Source of the DNA: Bacteroidia bacterium
GTDB lineage: Bacteria; Bacteroidota; Bacteroidia; NS11-12g; UBA9320
Reading direction: 5' to 3'
DNA: 64,000 nucleotides
Assembly (NCBI GenBank): GCA_020849295.1
Contig: JADLGN010000009.1
Span: forward strand, 51,705-115,704
Below are positions 59,245-64,000 of this stretch, piece after piece (within the stretch, counting starts at the first letter, position 1; each line of letters opens with the position of its first letter). The notes below the pieces were generated by a model. It was not told the DNA's origin. It made no database searches and saw nothing but the letters and a program-made list of their open reading frames with translations. Position numbers and translations under genes: made by a program.

Positions 59245-60131
59245 TAATTCGTCTTTGAAAATTCTTCTAAAATACTTTTGCTAATATTGAAAAGAACCTG
59301 CTTTCTGTACCATGCTGTTGCCCTTAAATCATCTATTGGAGATGCATATTTTAATATATGGTTTGCAAATTCATCAATTTCGTTGTTTTTAAGTTCAGTT
59401 ATATTTTTATTAATCAAAAAATCACAAGCGTCGTAAGCAAAAATAACAGTTGGGGCAGATGCTCCAAAGGCCAAACCGGCACTTATCACTTTATAATTTT
59501 CGTTTAACTGAATATGATAAGCAAGGGAAACCACAGAACATTCCATAGATTTTCGTGTACCAATCTTGATAAACCCTGAATACATATTTTTAGGATTTAC
59601 TTTATTTAAATCTATTTCTATTGATGATAAAAATTCACTTTTTTTTAGATCAGTAATTCGTACTCCTTTATAAAACTCAAGAATCGAAACAGATCTTTTG
59701 TTTCCGGCAAAATCGATTATTTCAAGATTTGCTTTTAAAGCCATAAGGGCACAAATTAAATCACCAGAAGGTGAAGCTGTACATATATTTCCTCCAATAG
59801 TTGCAACTTGTCTAATTTGATTTGAAGCAAGGTTTTGTGCAGCTTCTTTCAATGTAGGAAAATTTGTTACAACTTCATTATTTGTGCAAATTTTAACAAC
59901 ATTTGTATTTGCGCCAATTACAATTTTATTGTTTGAAAGTTTAATATTATTAAAATCTTCATCATTTATTTGAGAAATATTTATTACTGTTAAGTCATCT
60001 TCAGGTTTCTTTCTCAGTTCCATTATCAAATCTGTGCAACCAGCACCAATTCTGTATTTTTTGTTTTTGTACTCACTCAACAATTCAATAAGTTCATTTT
60101 TGCTGGCGGGAATTTCTATATTAAAATTCAT
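59244..60131 (-). CDS. molybdenum hydroxylase (xanthine dehydrogenase family) FAD-binding medium subunit (CoxM/XdhB-like)
   Basis: FAD_binding_5-type pattern (GAGCTDL...; ATIGGNIC) and the CO-dehydrogenase-flavoprotein C-terminal pattern; 295 aa. Confidence 0.75.
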   Translation of the reverse strand: MNFNIEIPASKNELIELLSEYKNKKYRIGAGCTDLIMELRKKPEDDLTVINISQINDEDFNNIKLSNNKIVIGANTNVVKICTNNEVVTNFPTLKEAAQNLASNQIRQVATIGGNICTASPSGDLICALMALKANLEIIDFAGNKRSVSILEFYKGVRITDLKKSEFLSSIEIDLNKVNPKNMYSGFIKIGTRKSMECSVVSLAYHIQLNENYKVISAGLAFGASAPTVIFAYDACDFLINKNITELKNNEIDEFANHILKYASPIDDLRATAWYRKQVLFNISKSILEEFSKTN

Positions 60132-60138
60132 TCAATTT

Positions 60139-62430
60139 TTATTTTTTAAAATTAATAGCTTTCAAAACTCTTTCAGGGGTAAGAGGCAATTCTAAAACTT
60201 CAATGTCCAATGCGTCGCAAACTGCATTAGCAATAGCGGCAGCAGTTGGAATAAGAGGCGCTTCTCCTACTCCTTTTGCTCCATAAGGTCCTTGTTTGTC
60301 ATTTGTTTCAATTGGATAAAAATGAATATTTGGGACATCAGAGGCAGTAAGAAGTTTATAGTTATGAAAATTTGGATTTAGTAACTTTCCTTCTTCATAA
60401 ATCATTTCTTCTGAAATTGCATAACCTATTCCCTGTAAAATTCCACCATGTATTTGTCCATCTAAAAGTAAAGGATTTAGTACTTTGCCTACATCCTGAG
60501 CAGTATGAACATTTGTAATTTCAATATTTCCTGTATAAGTATCTACTTTTACTTCTATAGCCTGCGATGCAAAAGCATAAGTGCCCGAAACATTACCTTT
60601 AAATTCTTTATTTTGAAATTGGCTTAATGGCTCATAAAAATAACTTGCTATGGCAAGTTCGCTTGGTTCTGAAAAATGCATTTCTCTTACAACTTTGTCA
60701 AGCGCTAGTGCCTCGTTTGCATTTTCAATTGCAATCATTCCGTTTTGGTATATAAAATCTGAGTTTTCAGTATTTAATAATTGTTTGGCTTTATTATTTA
60801 ATTTATCTTTTAAAATATTAATTGCTCCAAGCAATGAATTTCCAGCCACAAAACTTGTACGTGAAGCATGTACCCCTACATCCCATGGTTTAATATCAGT
60901 ATCGGTATTTATTACTTTTATTTTTGATAGTTCAATACCTAATTCTTCTGATGCTATCATTGCAAGAACAGTTTCTGAGCCTTGCCCAATTTCATTTGAG
61001 CCAGTAATAATTGTACAATATCCGTAAGGGTCAATTTTTAATGTAGTTCCACAGCCATCAGAACGGTAAATTTTGGCTCCGCCACCTACATGCAACATTG
61101 ACGCAAGCCCAATTCCTTTTCTGAATCTGCCATTTTCTGTATTTTTTTTATTATAAAAATTACTTTCTGAAATTACCTTTTCAAGACACTCAATATGACC
61201 GCATGTTTCGTAATGTAAGCCCTGTCCTGTAATTTCATTTTTATAGTTTGCGTTTTTTAGTCTTATTTCAGCTTTACTAATTTTTAGCTTATCTGCTAAT
61301 AAATCAATAATTCTTTCAAGAGCAAAAGTAGCCTGTGGATTGCCATACCCTCTGAAAGAGCCGGCAAATACATTATTAGTATAAACTGCAGTTGCTTCAA
61401 ATTTGCATGCTTTTACCTGATAAAGTGATGAAAATGCTTGCATAATTACAAATGGAGTTGTTGCCCCCCATGATGTATAGGCGCCGTTATCTTTTATGAT
61501 TTTTATATCTCGATATGTAAAATTTCCATCTTTATCAGCACCACATGCAATATCTATAATCATTGGTTGTCTTGTAGGTGAGGCAATAAACTCTTCCTGT
61601 CTTGAATAAATAATTTGAACAGGTTTGCCTGTTTTAATTGAAAGTAATGCACAAATTGGTTCAAATGGATACATATCAAGTTTGCTGCCAAATCCCCCAC
61701 CAATCACAGGCTGAATAATTCTAATATCAGATGGATTCATTTTTAAGGCATGTGCCATATCTCTCTGATATAAAAATGGCACTTGGGTAGAACTATATAA
61801 AACTAACTTGCCACTAAGTTTATCAAAATGAGCAGTAATATTACTTGTTCCCATACATGCATGAGTTACTCTAGGCAATGTAAATCTGCGTGAAACATTT
61901 ACTATACTTTTCTTTTTTTCTTCTTCAATGTTTCCATGTGAATATTTAAATACTTCGGCTGTATTTTTGTTTTTGTATTTGCCACTTATAAATTTATTTA
62001 TTTGTGGCGAACTTTCTTCAAGAGCTTCTATCGGGTCGTATATTCCTTTTCTTATTTTATATTCTACTCTTATAAGTTTAATTGCATTTTGGGCTACTTC
62101 TTTTGATGTTGCTGCTACTGCGGCAATTTCATCTCTTATACAATTTACTTCTCCCTTTTTCAGTATAGGATGGTCTCTTTTATAACTAATATTATTTACA
62201 TCAATATCGTCAGCAGTAATTATACATTCAACTCCTTCAAGTTTTAAAGCCTCTGAAATATCAATTTTTTCAATAATTGCAGATGGATGTTCTGTACGAA
62301 GAATTGCACCATATAACATCCCTGTCAAATTAATATCATGCCCATATACTGCCTGACCGCTTACTCTTATTTTTCCATCATGTTTTGGTACGGGAGTACC
62401 TATGATATTTAATTTCCTTTTTTTAAGCAT
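60139..62430 (-). CDS. molybdenum hydroxylase (xanthine dehydrogenase/aldehyde oxidase family) molybdopterin-binding large subunit
   Basis: 763 aa with an a/b-hammerhead N-terminus, the GGGFGSK motif and conserved active-site Glu region. Substrate not assignable. Confidence 0.85.
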   Translation of the reverse strand: MLKKRKLNIIGTPVPKHDGKIRVSGQAVYGHDINLTGMLYGAILRTEHPSAIIEKIDISEALKLEGVECIITADDIDVNNISYKRDHPILKKGEVNCIRDEIAAVAATSKEVAQNAIKLIRVEYKIRKGIYDPIEALEESSPQINKFISGKYKNKNTAEVFKYSHGNIEEEKKKSIVNVSRRFTLPRVTHACMGTSNITAHFDKLSGKLVLYSSTQVPFLYQRDMAHALKMNPSDIRIIQPVIGGGFGSKLDMYPFEPICALLSIKTGKPVQIIYSRQEEFIASPTRQPMIIDIACGADKDGNFTYRDIKIIKDNGAYTSWGATTPFVIMQAFSSLYQVKACKFEATAVYTNNVFAGSFRGYGNPQATFALERIIDLLADKLKISKAEIRLKNANYKNEITGQGLHYETCGHIECLEKVISESNFYNKKNTENGRFRKGIGLASMLHVGGGAKIYRSDGCGTTLKIDPYGYCTIITGSNEIGQGSETVLAMIASEELGIELSKIKVINTDTDIKPWDVGVHASRTSFVAGNSLLGAINILKDKLNNKAKQLLNTENSDFIYQNGMIAIENANEALALDKVVREMHFSEPSELAIASYFYEPLSQFQNKEFKGNVSGTYAFASQAIEVKVDTYTGNIEITNVHTAQDVGKVLNPLLLDGQIHGGILQGIGYAISEEMIYEEGKLLNPNFHNYKLLTASDVPNIHFYPIETNDKQGPYGAKGVGEAPLIPTAAAIANAVCDALDIEVLELPLTPERVLKAINFKK

Positions 62431-62433
62431 AAT

Positions 62434-62955
62434 TTACTCTTCATTAATCAACACTTTTTCGGCGGCATCTATAATTTTTATATAACCTGTGCATCTGCAC
62501 AAATTTCCTTCAAGCCATTTTTTAATTTCTTCTTTGTTTGGTTTTTTCTTATTTTTTACATTATTATTTTGACTTAAATAATAGTTCTCAATTGATTTGA
62601 TTGACATTATCATACCAGAGGTACAAAATCCGCATTGAACGGCACCATTATCAATTATTGCTTTTTGAACATGGTCAAGTGTACCGTCATTTTTTACTAA
62701 ACCTTCAATAGTTGTAATTTCTTTTCCGTTTGCATTTACTGCAAGGTATAGGCACGAATTTATTGCATTTCCATTAATCAAAACAGTACATGCCCCACAT
62801 TCACCTTCATTACAGCCCGGTTTTGTACCCTTCATACCAAGTTCATCTCTTAAAATATCAAGCAGTAATGATGAAGGCTTTACATCCATATTAATTTTTC
62901 GATTGTTAAGCTCAAATGAAATTTTTATTTTTTTGCTTACTTCAGTTTTTTGCAT
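62434..62955 (-). CDS. molybdenum hydroxylase [2Fe-2S]-binding small subunit (CoxS/XdhC-type)
   Basis: Plant-type ferredoxin cluster (CNEGECGACTV) and a second [2Fe-2S] motif (CGFCTSGM...CRCTGY). Confidence 0.85.
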   Translation of the reverse strand: MQKTEVSKKIKISFELNNRKINMDVKPSSLLLDILRDELGMKGTKPGCNEGECGACTVLINGNAINSCLYLAVNANGKEITTIEGLVKNDGTLDHVQKAIIDNGAVQCGFCTSGMIMSIKSIENYYLSQNNNVKNKKKPNKEEIKKWLEGNLCRCTGYIKIIDAAEKVLINEE

Positions 62956-62969
62956 TTTTAATATTATAT

Positions 62970-63557
62970 CTATATTGTGGTTTCTTCAAGTAATCCCATT
63001 TTAAAAATTCTTAATGATTTTTCTTTATTTTTTCCTTCAACTATGTTTTCTATTGCTCTCTCAATGATATTAGCACTAAGGGGAAAGTCAGGCAAGACTG
63101 CCATTTTACCTAATAAATATAAATTGTAATTTACAGCATCTATACTTTCAGGAAAATTCTCAACAAAAACTACCTTTCTACACTGTGATTTTAAAAATTC
63201 CATTAATTTAACAATATCAGGATATACTGATGTTCCTGCATTTACAGAGTATGGCAGCATTTTGTAGTTCCCAAAAACCACACAACTATTTTTATGTAAA
63301 TAATTAAGACATCTTTGAGTCTCTAATGGTTCAAGTCCAATCAAAAAATCTACTCCTGCATTTTTCATAAAACCAGAGCAATTTTCTCCAAGTCCAATAC
63401 CGGCTGTTACTACTCCTCCTCTTTGAGATAATCCGTGAATTTCACTTACACTTACAGAAATATCAGAAATCATAGCTGCTTCTACTAAAATATTTGTAAG
63501 GTAAACTATACCTTGCCCTCCTACTCCTGCTATAAGAATTTTTGTTTTTACACTCAT
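62970..63557 (-). CDS. 2-oxoacid:ferredoxin oxidoreductase gamma-like subunit (POR-gamma / IorB-like)
   Basis: N-terminal ILIAGVGGQGIVYLTNIL motif of the POR-gamma domain; 195 aa, matching IorB/KorC size. Confidence 0.7.
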   Translation of the reverse strand: MSVKTKILIAGVGGQGIVYLTNILVEAAMISDISVSVSEIHGLSQRGGVVTAGIGLGENCSGFMKNAGVDFLIGLEPLETQRCLNYLHKNSCVVFGNYKMLPYSVNAGTSVYPDIVKLMEFLKSQCRKVVFVENFPESIDAVNYNLYLLGKMAVLPDFPLSANIIERAIENIVEGKNKEKSLRIFKMGLLEETTI

Positions 63558-64000
63558 TAATTTATCGTTTCTTCTTCAACTGTTGCCCAACTTATAGCAT
63601 TATTAGGACATACATCAATACACAAACCACATAATGTACATCTCGACATATCAATTTGAACTTTTCCATTAACCTTAACCATTGCAGGACAACCGAAATT
63701 ATCAATACAATGATTGCATTTCTGACAAGACTGGAACAAATCATATTTCTCAAGTTCTTTTTTATCAATATCAAAATTATTAGTTCTATAGTGAGGTATT
63801 TGAGTATCGTTTAATCTTTTTAAAGCAAAATCTCCTTCATAATCGTATTTATAGTTCTCAAGAAATTTTCTTACTTGTATTGCTGCTTTTTTGCCAGACG
63901 CAATGGCTCCAATCAAACTCATATTGTTACCGGCACAAACATCTCCTGCTACAAATACTTTATCTATTTCCAATTTATTTTCAAAATTATTTATTCTGCC
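63557..64000 (-). CDS. partial (C-terminal): FAD/NAD(P)-dependent oxidoreductase, GltD/PreT-like, with a C-terminal 2x[4Fe-4S] ferredoxin domain; continues beyond the window
   Basis: The ORF is open to the window edge. VFVAGDVCAGNNMSLIGAIASGKKAAIQVRKFL is the classic C-terminal FAD motif of GltD-like flavoproteins, followed by CQKCNHC...CP and CTLCGLCIDVCP clusters. It could alternatively be an IorA-like subunit, though no TPP motif is seen. Confidence 0.5.
   Translation of the reverse strand, partial: GRINNFENKLEIDKVFVAGDVCAGNNMSLIGAIASGKKAAIQVRKFLENYKYDYEGDFALKRLNDTQIPHYRTNNFDIDKKELEKYDLFQSCQKCNHCIDNFGCPAMVKVNGKVQIDMSRCTLCGLCIDVCPNNAISWATVEEETIN

Noticed and set aside
63557-64000. Calling the partial 3'-terminal gene 'IorA' (indolepyruvate:ferredoxin oxidoreductase alpha) because an IorB-like gene follows
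   Set aside because: The visible sequence shows a GltD-type FAD motif (VFVAGD...G...AI.SGKKAA) rather than a TPP-binding GDS...N motif. Identity is left open pending the upstream sequence.

Overview
This is an AT-rich (roughly 30% GC) chromosomal segment that looks Bacteroidota/Flavobacteriia-like. The evidence is proteins with T9SS C-terminal sorting domains, DUF1573, HMBD-type CusB adaptors and Bacteroidota-style 'TAnnTTTG' -7 promoter boxes. Coding density is high, with about 50 genes and no rRNA, tRNA, CRISPR, transposase or integrase. The core genes are housekeeping: a 2-oxo acid dehydrogenase E2, dprA-queA, recA, murB, an RluA-family pseudouridine synthase, htpG, uvrA, fabI, a type-2 IDI, a TrmH-family methyltransferase and homogentisate dioxygenase. 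Accessory and envelope functions include:
- an AcrAB-TolC-like RND multidrug efflux operon;
- a heavy-metal (Cus/Czc-like) RND efflux island with a HYC_CC_PP-type small protein, a standalone HMBD protein, a frameshifted cusA/czcA and two tandem HMBD-containing adaptors;
- a recA / NodB-deacetylase / QxxRW-GT2 operon;
- M16 and M1 (T9SS-sorted) peptidases and two L,D-transpeptidases;
- a secreted caspase-like (C14) plus trypsin-like (S1) protease pair;
- an AT-rich operon of three secreted, Cys-containing hypothetical proteins behind a promoter tandem repeat;
- a tightly packed redox operon at the 3' end: FAD/Fe-S oxidoreductase, POR-gamma/IorB-like protein, three-subunit molybdenum hydroxylase and a HisC-family aminotransferase.
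The best candidates for undescribed biology are the secreted three-gene operon (40.3-42.7 kb), the composite redox operon (58.2-64.0 kb), the dual secreted protease module (51.2-54.7 kb) and the start-less deacetylase fused in frame behind recA.
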